Positions 1 to 10,110 of a DNA stretch of 60,530 nucleotides are shown piece after piece (position 1 is the stretch's first letter; each line of letters opens with the position of its first letter). This DNA is from Candidatus Acetothermia bacterium (lineage in GTDB: Bacteria; Bipolaricaulota; Bipolaricaulia; UBA7950): assembly GCA_022684035.1 (NCBI GenBank), contig JAJHSB010000080.1:1-60530 (forward strand), given 5' to 3'. The translations under genes were made by a program, and so were the position numbers. The notes beneath the pieces were generated by a model that was given only the letters and a program-made list of their open reading frames with translations, searched no databases and was not told the origin of the DNA.

Positions 1-304
1 CTTTGGCTATCCGTGGCAGTATCCACAATTGATTTTCATACCCATGAGCAAGAGGCTCTTCGAGAAGTAATCCCAGAAGTTCCTCTCTCTGCTGGGGAGA
101 CAACCGGGAAGGCCGACCAGGGTGAGGCTTTGCCCTCAACGCTTCTTTCCCTCCTTTCTCTACCTGATCCTTCCAGTGTTTCACAGAGGACGGTGCTGCC
201 CCTATCTGCCGGGCTACTTCTCGAATGCCCATACCTTGCTCCAACAGGGTTGCCGCTCGTTGTCTTCGCGCTTCCAGTACTTTTGCACTTCCTTTTGGTC
301 TCAT
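1..304 (-). mobile_element. IS630-family transposase, N-terminal HTH part (truncated by window edge)
   Basis: Manual translation from ATG at 304 on the minus strand: MRPKGSAKVLEARRQRAATLLEQGMGIREVARQIGAAPSSVKHWKDQVEKGGKEALRAKPHPGRPSRLSPQQREELLGLLLEEPLAHGYENQLWILPRIAK. Open to base 1. HTH plus GRP-x-RL and W-x-L-x-R pattern typical of IS630 OrfA. Confidence 0.85.
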
Positions 305-462
305 GTATTATTATAGTATAGTCTTGTTTTATTATAAATGCAAGGGTCAATAAGCACCCGCCAAAATATCATCATTGCAATTATAATATCTTGTCGTCTC
401 CAATGTAAACAGAGAAAGGAAAAGAGAATTTTACCATCGCAGTTATTTGCCTGTAAAATGAA

Positions 463-491
463 TTGAAAATTAGTATACTATATAATATACT
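463..491 (+). promoter_or_regulatory. sigma70-type promoter upstream of nfuA-like gene
   Basis: TTGAAA(463-468)-17 nt-TATACT(486-491). Confidence 0.55.
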
Positions 492-562
492 TATTTACTG
501 TTAGTCGTATTAAGACTTAGATGGTAACGAAGGTGTCCGCCAATGGACCCCTTAGGCTAAAT

Positions 563-684
563 GTAACTACGCAGGTTAGATAGACTGCAGGTGGAAGGCT
601 ATGCGGGACAAATCATACGTGATCATGAGATGGCTAAAATACTTTCAGTCTTCGGTCTTCAACCTAAAATAGCTAATTAGCTAC
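563..684. repeat. Miniature imperfect inverted-repeat element (copy A)
   Basis: Ends gtaactacgcag / gctaattagctac. Bases 639-684 match the reverse complement of 29662-29707 at about 41 of 47 aligned positions. Confidence 0.7.
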
Positions 685-730
685 GCTAAAACTATGATTG
701 GAATCTGGGTGAGAAGAGGAGGACCGTGGA

Positions 731-952
731 ATGCGTGCTAAAGTTACACAGGCATTAGATGAGATAAGACTCTATTTACAAGCACACGGCGGTGATATTG
801 AATTGGTCGATGTTACTGCTGATGGCGTAGTGCAGGTGAGATTGACCGGCGCTTGTCAGGGATGTCCGATGAGTCAATATACTCTGAATATGCAAGTCGA
901 AGCGCAGCTCAAAGAGGCAGTACCGCAAATAAAACGTGTGGAAGCATTATAG
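731..952 (+). CDS. NifU/NfuA C-terminal-domain Fe-S carrier protein
   Basis: LQAHGGDIELV...VRLTGACQGCPMSQYTL: NifU domain with CxxC; SD gaggagg upstream. Confidence 0.92.
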   Translation: MRAKVTQALDEIRLYLQAHGGDIELVDVTADGVVQVRLTGACQGCPMSQYTLNMQVEAQLKEAVPQIKRVEAL

Positions 953-966
953 GAGGTTGCGCAGAG

Positions 967-1061
967 CCATCGATGGAAAAGATAACCAGAATCAATGACG
1001 TGATTAAGTATCAAAGAGTCTTCTAAATTCTAATAGCTTATCTTTTCTGTTCCATTGATGG
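967..1061. repeat. Imperfect inverted repeat downstream of nfuA-like gene
   Basis: ccatcgatggaaaagataa (967-985) pairs with ttatcttttctgttccattgatgg (1038-1061). Confidence 0.5.
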
Positions 1062-1390
1062 TCTTAGCGAAAATCAAGCAGATGTCTTTTGCAAAAGTTA
1101 TAGATCGTTTTTACCTGAAAACTTCGCTGAAGATGATATACTCCTTGCTTCAACCACCCGAATTTTGGTTTCTGCGGATTATATGTTGAGAGCGGTAAAC
1201 TTATAGTGTGGTATACTGTAAAAGGCGGTCTACTACTATTGCAGATTGGATGCAAATAGAGATCATCGAAGGTGGAATGTGCGCAAATCAAAGTCGGCAA
1301 TAGCAATAGCAAAATCCGTTCTCTTTTCTGACTCTTTTCGCTCCGTATCGCTTGCTAATTGAACAAAAGTCAGTATGCAAAGGAGTGATA

Positions 1391-1942
1391 ATGAAAATAA
1401 ACGTTGTTGAACGACAGCATAGTTCTAGCAAAAGTCCGAAAGAATACGCGATAAAAAAAACCGAGGCGCTCGACCGTTATTTTAATCGGGTAATAAGTGT
1501 CGATATTACTCTTTCAGTTGAAAGAGAAAAACAAATCGCGGATTTTGTTATCCATCTCATCAATCGTAAAATTATTAAGATACGTGAAGAATCAGATGAT
1601 ATGTATGCAGCGATCGATGGCGGAGTCGACAAGCTTAAACGACAACTGGTTAAGTATAAAGATAAGGTTAAGGATAAGGGATCGGGAAGTGCATTGCAAC
1701 AGAAGACTGAGGTCGTAGACGTATCGACCGATCTATCCGCTCTGATCCGACAGCAGGAGCACACGCACAAGGAGATTATCAGAACAGACCATGTTATTCG
1801 AAAGCCAATGTCACCCGAAGAGGCGGCACTCCAACTGACGGCTACCGATCAAATCTTTCTTGTTTTCATAAATGTGGCGTCTGGAACACCGAATGTCATT
1901 TACAAACGTAGGGATGGAAATTACGGACTTATAGAACCGTAA
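1391..1942 (+). CDS. hpf: Ribosome hibernation promoting factor, long form (HPF/RaiA)
   Basis: DMYAAIDGGVDKLKRQLVKYK N-domain plus C-terminal KPMSPEEAALQL...NVIYKRRDGNYGLIEP; ATG 1391 after aggag. Confidence 0.93.
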   Translation: MKINVVERQHSSSKSPKEYAIKKTEALDRYFNRVISVDITLSVEREKQIADFVIHLINRKIIKIREESDDMYAAIDGGVDKLKRQLVKYKDKVKDKGSGSALQQKTEVVDVSTDLSALIRQQEHTHKEIIRTDHVIRKPMSPEEAALQLTATDQIFLVFINVASGTPNVIYKRRDGNYGLIEP

Positions 1943-1979
1943 TTTTCTAAGCAGAAAGCTTCTCTTTTCTTTTGAAGAA

Positions 1980-3011
1980 GTGGTTATGGTAAGAGCTTTA
2001 TCGCTGTTCTCAGGAAGCTTAGCCAGCCTTGTTGCAACGCGGTTGGTGGAGCTGTCAGATGGGGTGGATGAAGTACAGTTATTGTCTTTTCGTTCACCGT
2101 TCTTTACTGATTATGAGCGGGTGCGTGAGATAGCCAAAAGAACTTGGCCGGCGATGCAGTTTCGTAGTCAGGCGATAAATAAAGACTATCAGCAGTTGGT
2201 GGGTATCTTATCTACTGATGAATTTTCACTGGCTCGTAGTTGTTACTATTGTCGTACTCTTATGTTGACGCGAGCAGCGCAATATATGAAACGGATCAAA
2301 GCAGATTTCATCGTCACCGGCGAGATAGAGGGAAGTAATGGATTGACGAAGTGCGAGTTAGAACGTATCAGCACTGATGCGGGGATCAGTGATCTTGTAT
2401 TACGTCCTCTCTCAGCAAAGTTGCTTTCCCCGACGCGGCCGGAGCAAGCGGGATGGGTTAATGCGGAAAACTTATACGATCTTCAAGTAGGTGATAAGGA
2501 ACGATTAGCAAAATTGGCGTTTACGTTAAACCTTGTTAATCAAAATTTGTTTGACCGATTTGACCGACAAGATAGGTGTAAATTGATTCGTCCTAACTTC
2601 GGGCCACGGTTAGCCGATCTTCTTTGTGAGAAAGAGTTTACACTGAATGGATTACGCCTGCTTGATTTTAGTTATTACTACAAGAAAGGACCGGATGTTA
2701 CGATTGTGCTGGCGATTGAAATAGAAGAGAAACGGAATTTACAGAATTTTTTTCTTCCCCAGGATGCGCGAGTCTATCTACCGACGCATCAGGGGCCATT
2801 GGCATTGGTTCGTACTGATTGGACAGCAAAGAAAGAAGATGAGATTGCGGAAATCATTGAATTGGCAGGGCGGATGATCGCTATTTATAGTGCAGCCGCA
2901 CATCATGAACAAATCCAAATTAACTATCGCTTTGAGAACAAGAACGAGACAATAAGCCGCACTATATCGCCGTTTGCTGACTTTAATGAAATTAATCGTT
3001 ATGCGGTTTAA
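1980..3011 (+). CDS. PP-loop tRNA thiouridylase-like (ThiI/MnmA-related, DUF814-type) protein with degenerate motifs
   Basis: ALSLFSGSLAS, CYYC, ADFIVTGE, VLRPLSAKLLSPTRPEQAGWV; start 1980 or 1986. Confidence 0.7.
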   Translation: MVMVRALSLFSGSLASLVATRLVELSDGVDEVQLLSFRSPFFTDYERVREIAKRTWPAMQFRSQAINKDYQQLVGILSTDEFSLARSCYYCRTLMLTRAAQYMKRIKADFIVTGEIEGSNGLTKCELERISTDAGISDLVLRPLSAKLLSPTRPEQAGWVNAENLYDLQVGDKERLAKLAFTLNLVNQNLFDRFDRQDRCKLIRPNFGPRLADLLCEKEFTLNGLRLLDFSYYYKKGPDVTIVLAIEIEEKRNLQNFFLPQDARVYLPTHQGPLALVRTDWTAKKEDEIAEIIELAGRMIAIYSAAAHHEQIQINYRFENKNETISRTISPFADFNEINRYAV

Positions 3012-3063
3012 TAGCGAATTTCTCGCACTGGAAACTATATTGTGCGGATTTCGTATTTTCATG

Positions 3064-3092
3064 TTGAAAAAAATATTGACCTGTGTTATATT
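3064..3092 (+). promoter_or_regulatory. Probable sigma70 promoter with extended -10
   Basis: TTGAAA(3064-3069)-17 nt-TATATT(3087-3092), TG at 3084-3085. Confidence 0.45.
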
Positions 3093-3145
3093 TATAGTTT
3101 AATTTAAAAATAGGGATCATCTCCAAAAAAGTTGGTAAGATCATG

Positions 3146-3280
3146 AGGATTCGAGGGAAATGCTTAAGAATTACAAAAGGATTCGAGGGGTCAAGCCCCG
3201 TATCAAGTACGGGGCAAGGATTCGCGGGAAATGCTTATAAAATCCTTACTCAAAAATAAGCACTTGAACCCTTGAACCCT
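3146..3280. repeat. Composite repeat: direct/inverted heptad-type repeats with an inserted REP-like palindrome
   Basis: aggattcg(a/c)ggg three times; gccccgta-tcaag-tacggggc (3195-3215); ataagcacttgaacccttgaaccct pairs back to the left arm. Confidence 0.75.
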
Positions 3281-3321
3281 TTATTTATTGGAACAAGGAT
3301 TAAAGAGGGAGGTAGTAAGGT

Positions 3322-3573
3322 ATGCCTTTTTTTCGCTATCAATGCCGTAAGTGCGGCGCGGAATTCAAAGTTTTGCAGCATAGCAATGACAAAATGGCAA
3401 CATGCTTAGAGTGTGATAGCAAATCGTTGGAGCAGCTTTTACCACGCATCGGGGTAATATACAAGGGGAGTGGCTATCATTCCACTGATTACAAAACTAC
3501 ACGTGCACGAGGGGCAGGAAGCAGTTCTGCAGATGATAAGCAATCAAGCAACGAAAATTCGGCTTCAGAATAA
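3322..3573 (+). CDS. FmdB-family zinc-ribbon protein
   Basis: MPFFRYQCRKCG...CLECDS...IYKGSGYHSTDY. Confidence 0.88.
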   Translation: MPFFRYQCRKCGAEFKVLQHSNDKMATCLECDSKSLEQLLPRIGVIYKGSGYHSTDYKTTRARGAGSSSADDKQSSNENSASE

Positions 3574-3630
3574 ACCGCCGGCATCTGATCTATTGGATAG
3601 ATGTGCGGAATGGCGGTTGCAATTTTTTTT
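3574..3630 (+). terminator. Probable intrinsic terminator
   Basis: accgcc...ggcggt stem enclosing gcatct/agatgtgc, followed by a T8 run. Confidence 0.5.
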
Positions 3631-3861
3631 AGAATGGATAAATCTTAAATCTATTGTGCTGGTAGTTATGGTGCAAGATAAGTAATTAAGAGATACGAAA
3701 TCAAAAATATATTACTACAGAGCATAAGGAACCGCTTTATCCTAACACACCCCTCTCAGCGGCAATCATTCAAACTAAAACTTGGGATTAAATCTAATTG
3801 GTACAGACAAGATGTAGATGATCAGGCGAATTAAGGAGCCTGTTAATGTAGGAGGTAGCAA

Positions 3862-6800
3862 TTGATCTCTGGCGATGATATACGGAAGATAAAACTTGAG
3901 CTGGCTTCTCCGGAGACGGTACTTAAGTGGTCTCATGGAGAAGTGACTAAATCTGAGACAATAAACTATCGCACCCATAAGCCGGAGCAAGGAGGGCTTT
4001 ACGCCGAACACATCTTCGGTCCTGAAAATGACTACGAATGCAGTTGCGGTAAATATAAAGGGAAAAAATATGAAGGGATAACTTGTGAAAAGTGTAGTGT
4101 TTTGGTGACTTCGTCTGCAGCGCGGCGCGTCAACTTTGGTCATATATCCTTAGTTAGCCCGGTGGTCCATTTTTGGTTTCTCAAAGGAGTATCCAGCCCC
4201 TTATCCCGCTTGTTGGGAATAAAAAAGAAGGAACTTGAACAGATCGTATATTACGAAACCGAATCGAGCACTGAATCTCTTTATATCGTTACCACTTCAC
4301 AATCAAAAGAGATCCGGCCAGGGGAGATTCTTTATAACTCGGAAATGCGGATTCTGCGCCGCCTCTTTGCCTTTGATGTTGAAGCGGCAATCTATATTGA
4401 AAATCCTCCTCAGGTTGTTGCCAGTGAAGGCGGGATTGTAAAGATTGAGGAAAGAAAGTTGACCAACGGCGAGCCGATGATCTTCATTGTCGTGGGATCA
4501 CAAGCCTATCCGGTATCTCCTGCTGTTCCATTACTCGTAGCAGAAGGGGATGAGATCGAGACTGACACCCTCCTTGCGGAGATGCCGGTTGATGAACTCT
4601 GTTCGCAAACGGCGTTTGCCATGTTCTCCGCGTATTATGGATCAGCATTGCAAGGCGAGGCAATCGAGGAGAATTTAGATTCTTTAATCTTTCTCGTTAC
4701 TAAAGTGAAGGATCCAGCTATTCCGCTTCAAGTTGGTGATCGGGTGTCATATCTTGAGAAGCGGGCATGGGAACGACTATATCCTGGAAAAATTGAAATA
4801 TACACCGGTGCCCATGGGGTCAAAGAACTGTTAACTCAACTAAATCTTGTTGAATTGCATAATCAGTTAACCGCCCAGATGCGTGCCGAGACGAGCCAAG
4901 GTAACCAACGGCGGATCGTTAAACGCCTCTCAATAGTCGATCAACTACTTAAATCAGGCAACCGACCCCAGAACATGGTGTTGGATGTGCTCCCAGTTCT
5001 TCCTCCGTTTCTGCGGCCGATGATCCAATTAGATGGAGGTAAGTTTGCGACCACCGACTTAAACGATCTTTATCGACGGATCATCAATCGTAATAATCGC
5101 TTGAAGAAATTAATTTCAATGGGAGCGCCAGAGGTGATTCTTCGTAATGAACGGCGGATGCTGCAAGAGTCTGTTGATGCATTAATTTATAACGAGAAGA
5201 AGGAAACACCGATTTGCGGACGTGACAACCAGCCGCTAAAGTCTCTCTCCGAACGACTACAGGGAAAACATGGGAGATTACGTCGTAACCTCCTCGGTCG
5301 ACGAGTTGATTACTCAGGACGGGCAGTGATCGTTGTCGATCCGACGCTCAAACTACATCAGTGTGGCTTACCGAAGAAAATAGCACTGGAACTTTTCAAA
5401 CCCTTTATCTTAAGCCGATTGAAAGAGACCGCTTTCTCTGATTTCGACGATATAAAGAACAAAGCACTTTTAGGAGAGCTGCCTGAAGTGTGGGATATTT
5501 TAGAAGAGCTGGTCAAAGAGCATCCGGTTCTTCTGAACCGCCAACCAACGCTTCATCGCATGTCAATTCAGGCATTTGAACCGCTATTGGTCGACGGCGA
5601 GGCAATTCATATACATCCACTTGTCTGTCCTCCTTATAACGCCGACTTTGATGGCGACCAGATGTCAGTTCATCTGCCCCTCTCAGTCGAGGCGATCTCT
5701 GAGGCACGTAATATTATGGCTGCTCCGCTGAATATTCTTTCGCCGTCCAATGGTGAACCGCTGACTGTACCATCGCAGGACCCGATCTTTGCTTTCCATT
5801 ACATGACCACAGTAAATCCTAATGGAAAAGGAAGAGGCAAATACTTCAAGAATATTGATGAGGCCCGGCGAGCATATGAAGAGAAGATAATCGATTTACA
5901 CAGCGAAATTAAAATTAAGATCGACGGAGAACTGATCGATTCGACCTTAGGGAGAGCTGAGATAAATCACATCCTGCCGTCTGAGATTCGTAATTATACA
6001 CGTCTTTATAGCCGTAAAGAGATCAAGCAACTCGTAATGGAATGTTACTATCGCTGCGGTAAAGAGCGTATGGCCGCTCTGCTCGATGACCTGAAAGACT
6101 TAGGATTTAAGTATGCTACGCACGCCGGTCTGACCATATCACTGAAAGATTGCTTGATCCCGCCAGAGAAGGAAGAGATTGTCCACCAGTCGTACGCCCG
6201 TGTCTTACTCGTTAATAAGATGTACGAGAGCGGTTTAGCCACCGAAAAGGAACGTTCTCAGGCGGTGATCAAAGTCTGGCGCCAGACCGTCGATGCAGTC
6301 GAAAAAGCGGCGATGAAAAACTTAAGCTGCCAGATGTTTAATCCGTTAGCTGGTATCGTCATTTCAGGGGCACGCGGGGGACCGGATCAAGTCAAACAAT
6401 TATGTGGAATGCGAGGACCGATGGCCGGTCCTTCCGGTGAGATCATCGAAATGCCCGTTATTTCCAATTTCCGTGAAGGGTTGGATATGATGGAATACTT
6501 TATTTCTACCCACGGAGGAAGAAAAGGTGCTGCCGATACAGCACTTAAAACAGCGGAATCAGGCTATCTGACCCGTCGGCTGGTCGATGCATGCTCCGAT
6601 GTTATCGTTATTGAAGAAGATTGCGGTACCCATCAAGGATCTGAGATTAATCCTTTTTGGTTCAGCAAAGGTGACCTCATGGTAAAGGTGGCAGATAGAA
6701 TTTACGGCCGCGTCACTGCTGAACCGGTGATCGATCCGCGATCAGGAGAGATTCTGATTGCCGCCAACCAGTGGATCGACAAAAATATGGCTCATTGGCT

Positions 6801-8808
6801 CGGCACGCTGCAACATGAGTTTGATCTCAATGACAAAGCTCAGGTTCAGAGAGCAGTAGGGATGAAGAGTGTAACGGATATCCATAATCCAGCAAATGGT
6901 CGGGTCTTAATGAGTGAAGACGAACCATTTACCGCTCATTTGGCGGAAGAATTATGTCGTGCTGGCTTCACGCACATCATCCTCCGCCCGCGAATCGTTA
7001 TCCGCTCTCCCATGACTTGCGAAACCGAAGGAGGGATATGCCAATTATGTTATGGCTTTGATCTTAGTAATCATCAGCCAGTGGCACTCGGCACTGCCGC
7101 AGGAGTTATTGCCGCCCAGTCAATCGGTGAACCAGGGACACAGTTAACGATGCGCACATTCCACACTGGTGGCGTAGCGGGGATCGATATTACCCAAGGA
7201 CTTCCGCGTGCTGAGGAACTCTTTGAAGCGCGCAAAACAATGAAAAGCGCCCAAGCTGCAGTATCTTCTCTCGATGGTTACGTTTCACGTATGCTCGCTT
7301 CTCCCGCAGGGCGGGAGATAGTGGAAATTACAGGAGAAGAGCGTGTCATTCGTATTCCATCTCTCTTATTGAACCCGGATCTTCTCCACGCAGATGAATC
7401 TAAATTAACAGAAGTGCAAGATCTGGTTGTGACAAAGAGTCCATATGAAGGTGAACTATTTGTCAAGGACGGTGATGGTGGGATAGAGATACTGATCATT
7501 AACAGCAAGAAAGGCGGACAAATATACAGACTGCCTAAAGGGGCGATTCCTGTTGTCGAGGATGGAGATGTAGTAAGAGAAGGAATTCCGCTGACAGAAC
7601 AGTTTACTGTTGAAACGGTCATCTCCGACAGCGCGGGTGTAGTCGAACTAAACAAAGAGAATGACCGTCAGCTTAATGTAGTTAGCGACGACGGAAATCT
7701 CCATTCATATCCAATCGCCTATGGCGCCCGTCCGCTGGTGAAAGCAGGTGATTGGGTGCACCCAGGCGATAAACTCATCTCAAAATCAAAGCCGATGGTA
7801 ATTACTGCCGCAGAAGCGGGCAAGGTAGCTTTGGTTGACGGTATCATCCTTATCTATACCCCACAGGTAAATGGTCTTCGCTTTCCTCTCACCACTGATC
7901 TCACTCTAATTAAAGAGCACGGAGAGATGGTAAAGGCAGGAGAACGTATTCTACAACTTAATCTACAACGATCCGGATCAGTAGTGATCGAGAAGGTTGA
8001 AGAAGAAGAGGGACTGACCACGGTCTATTTGCGCTACATCAGCCAAGTTGAAGTGGAACAGCGATCCGTTGTTAGCGTTGGAGATAAGGTGAGAGAGGGA
8101 GACCTTCTCACCAAAGGAGTCGTTCCTCCACATATTCTACTTGAGGCATCAGGGGTGAGAAAGACTCGCGACTATCTATTGAGCGAGATTCATAAGGTCT
8201 ATAAAACACAAGGTGTTGATCTAAGTGATAAACATATCGAAATTATCATTCGCCAAATTTTAAACAACGTACGGATAATCTCGCCGGGAGATGCAGATTT
8301 ATTATTAGATAGTTTGGTTTCACTGGAAACTTTTCGGGCAGAGATCGCAAGGATTACACGTATAAATGCTGCTGCAAGTCGTACTCGCCAAGAGGTATTG
8401 GGCGATACAATGACACCTCCGGCAAAAGTTGCACGTGATATTATTGCGATGGGGCGGGTAATCGCGCCAGCCGGAGAGTCGTTTACCGCCGAGATCCTTG
8501 TTGCTGCCCAAAGAGCAGGAATAGCAGAAGTAATCGGTATTCGTGATGGAAAAGAGATAGTGATCCCGCTGCGAGATTTGACTTTACCAACAGGTGAGCG
8601 GGAATTGTTACGCATATCCAAGGCTGCGTTATCGGCCAAAGGGTGGCTTGCCGCTGCTTCGTTCCTCCGTACGACCACGGTCCTTGCCGAGGCTGCCTTA
8701 CGAGGGGAAGTAGATGAACTTAAAGGGCTCAAACCGTGTGTCATTGTGGGAAAGAAGATACCAGTCGGCACCGGATTTAAGATGACGATCGATCAAGATG
8801 GAGAGTAG
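3862..8808 (+). CDS. rpoC: DNA-directed RNA polymerase beta' subunit with lineage-specific insertions
   Basis: Zn-ribbon ECSCGKY...[16 protein letters not shown], catalytic NADFDGDQM, bridge helix [13 protein letters not shown], trigger loop [11 protein letters not shown]; TTG start after aggagg. Confidence 0.98.
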   Translation: MISGDDIRKIKLELASPETVLKWSHGEVTKSETINYRTHKPEQGGLYAEHIFGPENDYECSCGKYKGKKYEGITCEKCSVLVTSSAARRVNFGHISLVSPVVHFWFLKGVSSPLSRLLGIKKKELEQIVYYETESSTESLYIVTTSQSKEIRPGEILYNSEMRILRRLFAFDVEAAIYIENPPQVVASEGGIVKIEERKLTNGEPMIFIVVGSQAYPVSPAVPLLVAEGDEIETDTLLAEMPVDELCSQTAFAMFSAYYGSALQGEAIEENLDSLIFLVTKVKDPAIPLQVGDRVSYLEKRAWERLYPGKIEIYTGAHGVKELLTQLNLVELHNQLTAQMRAETSQGNQRRIVKRLSIVDQLLKSGNRPQNMVLDVLPVLPPFLRPMIQLDGGKFATTDLNDLYRRIINRNNRLKKLISMGAPEVILRNERRMLQESVDALIYNEKKETPICGRDNQPLKSLSERLQGKHGRLRRNLLGRRVDYSGRAVIVVDPTLKLHQCGLPKKIALELFKPFILSRLKETAFSDFDDIKNKALLGELPEVWDILEELVKEHPVLLNRQPTLHRMSIQAFEPLLVDGEAIHIHPLVCPPYNADFDGDQMSVHLPLSVEAISEARNIMAAPLNILSPSNGEPLTVPSQDPIFAFHYMTTVNPNGKGRGKYFKNIDEARRAYEEKIIDLHSEIKIKIDGELIDSTLGRAEINHILPSEIRNYTRLYSRKEIKQLVMECYYRCGKERMAALLDDLKDLGFKYATHAGLTISLKDCLIPPEKEEIVHQSYARVLLVNKMYESGLATEKERSQAVIKVWRQTVDAVEKAAMKNLSCQMFNPLAGIVISGARGGPDQVKQLCGMRGPMAGPSGEIIEMPVISNFREGLDMMEYFISTHGGRKGAADTALKTAESGYLTRRLVDACSDVIVIEEDCGTHQGSEINPFWFSKGDLMVKVADRIYGRVTAEPVIDPRSGEILIAANQWIDKNMAHWLGTLQHEFDLNDKAQVQRAVGMKSVTDIHNPANGRVLMSEDEPFTAHLAEELCRAGFTHIILRPRIVIRSPMTCETEGGICQLCYGFDLSNHQPVALGTAAGVIAAQSIGEPGTQLTMRTFHTGGVAGIDITQGLPRAEELFEARKTMKSAQAAVSSLDGYVSRMLASPAGREIVEITGEERVIRIPSLLLNPDLLHADESKLTEVQDLVVTKSPYEGELFVKDGDGGIEILIINSKKGGQIYRLPKGAIPVVEDGDVVREGIPLTEQFTVETVISDSAGVVELNKENDRQLNVVSDDGNLHSYPIAYGARPLVKAGDWVHPGDKLISKSKPMVITAAEAGKVALVDGIILIYTPQVNGLRFPLTTDLTLIKEHGEMVKAGERILQLNLQRSGSVVIEKVEEEEGLTTVYLRYISQVEVEQRSVVSVGDKVREGDLLTKGVVPPHILLEASGVRKTRDYLLSEIHKVYKTQGVDLSDKHIEIIIRQILNNVRIISPGDADLLLDSLVSLETFRAEIARITRINAAASRTRQEVLGDTMTPPAKVARDIIAMGRVIAPAGESFTAEILVAAQRAGIAEVIGIRDGKEIVIPLRDLTLPTGERELLRISKAALSAKGWLAAASFLRTTTVLAEAALRGEVDELKGLKPCVIVGKKIPVGTGFKMTIDQDGE

Positions 8809-8836
8809 AGCTGTGTGCTAAGTCGTCGACGCGTAG

Positions 8837-8865
8837 TTGACAGTAAGGCAGCGACGATATATAAT
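8837..8865 (+). promoter_or_regulatory. Consensus sigma70 promoter of the str operon
   Basis: TTGACA(8837-8842)-17 nt-TATAAT(8860-8865), perfect consensus. Confidence 0.85.
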
Positions 8866-8887
8866 ATTACCTTTTAGGAGTATAAAG

Positions 8888-9259
8888 ATGCCGACAATAA
8901 ATCAATTAATCAGGTTTGGACGTAAACCTAAGGTAAAACTGAGCAAATCAAGTGCTCTTTCGCTTTGTCCGCAAAAGAGGGGCGTATGCACGCGTGTTTT
9001 TACGAGGACGCCGAAAAAGCCTAATTCCGCCTTACGTAAAGTTGCACGAGTGCGATTGAGTAATGGCAAGCTCGTCACGGCTTACATTGGAGGAGAAGGA
9101 CATAACCTGCAAGAACACTCAATTGTGTTGGTGCGCGGCGGACGTGTCCAAGACCTTCCTGGCACTCGATATCATATTGTGCGTGGTGCTCTCGATTCCG
9201 AAGGGGTTGAAGGCCGTAAGCGGGGTCGCTCGAAATACGGTGCAAAGAAGGCTACTTAG
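8888..9259 (+). CDS. rpsL: 30S ribosomal protein uS12
   Basis: MPTINQL...[17 protein letters not shown]...[10 protein letters not shown]; ATG 8888 after aggag. Confidence 0.98.
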   Translation: MPTINQLIRFGRKPKVKLSKSSALSLCPQKRGVCTRVFTRTPKKPNSALRKVARVRLSNGKLVTAYIGGEGHNLQEHSIVLVRGGRVQDLPGTRYHIVRGALDSEGVEGRKRGRSKYGAKKAT

Positions 9260-9336
9260 CCTGAAAAGAATCAAGAATCTTAAATTGCTCAGACCTGCCC
9301 CCTGGTCAAGTTAAGGAGAGGCTCTCGGCTGGCCCA

Positions 9337-9525
9337 GGGGTTTAAAGTTCCGGGGTTCACGGTCCAAGGTTGAAGAAGGAAAGACGGACGGAAAGTTTTG
9401 AGTTTTGGGCTAAGGAGTAGGGGTTAAGGATTTAAAAAGAGAGATTAGGGAGTAAGGAGAGCCACAAACTTTTCTTTCTTTAATTATTCACCTCTTTAAA
9501 CGGTGAACCTTGAATCTGATAACCC
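9337..9525. repeat. Heptad-type imperfect inverted-repeat element in the rpsL-rpsG spacer
   Basis: gggtttaaagttccggggttcacggt versus ctttaaacggtgaaccttgaatctgataaccc; the right arm recurs at 27515-27531 and 34671-34686. Confidence 0.6.
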
Positions 9526-9564
9526 GTGTAATTAAGATAATTTAGGAGAATAATAAGATTAAAG

Positions 9565-10023
9565 ATGAAATTACCAGAACGTGATTTAAGAGCTGATGCC
9601 CGCTATGGTAGTAAATTAGTTGAGAAATTTACCAATTATATCATGGTCGATGGGAAGAAAGGAGTTGCGCGACGGATTGTCTACGAGGCGTTGGCATTGG
9701 CTGAAAAGCGTAGTGAGACTCCGGCGCTTGAGCTCTTTACCGAAGCAGTCGCGTGCTGTTCTCCGTTACTGGAGGTTCGGACAAGACGCGTCGGTGGCGC
9801 TAACTACCAAGTGCCGCATGAAGTATCGCGTTCCCGACGTATTGTTCTTGCTTTGCGCTGGATCAAGACTGCAGCGCAGGCACGCGGTGAGAAGACGATG
9901 ATCGAGCGACTTGCAGGAGAGATTTTAGAGGCAAGTCGAAAAGAAGGCAAAGCATACAACAAAAAATTGGAAGCCCACCGAATGGCCGAGTCTAATAAGG
10001 CTTTTGCTCACTACCGCTGGTAG
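9565..10023 (+). CDS. rpsG: 30S ribosomal protein uS7
   Basis: DGKKGVARRIVY...EVRTRRVGGANYQVP...HRMAESNKAFAHYRW. Confidence 0.97.
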   Translation: MKLPERDLRADARYGSKLVEKFTNYIMVDGKKGVARRIVYEALALAEKRSETPALELFTEAVACCSPLLEVRTRRVGGANYQVPHEVSRSRRIVLALRWIKTAAQARGEKTMIERLAGEILEASRKEGKAYNKKLEAHRMAESNKAFAHYRW

Positions 10024-10110
10024 TTGAGTCAATACAACGAGGAAAATCTATTGATTACCGAAACGACTCTTAGAAGAAGAGTTTTACTTTCTCAGACGGA
10101 AAGTAGAGCG

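Noticed and set aside
13-350. ORFs 13..321(+), 36..350(-) and 122..316(+)
   Set aside because: Shadow frames of the IS630-like reading frame (304 to 1, minus strand); no recognisable motifs.
1218-1390. Possible raiA-motif RNA upstream of hpf
   Set aside because: There is a long leader after a TGnTATACT box (1209-1217), but I could not match conserved raiA-motif segments. An Rfam/Infernal search would decide.
10024-10110. N-terminal extension of fusA (similarly rplB 14088, rpsK 24994, rplQ 26919, hutI 34728, cmk 36988, recJ 45877)
   Set aside because: Longest-ORF artefacts; family homology begins at downstream start codons, most of which have SD support or overlap the upstream stop.
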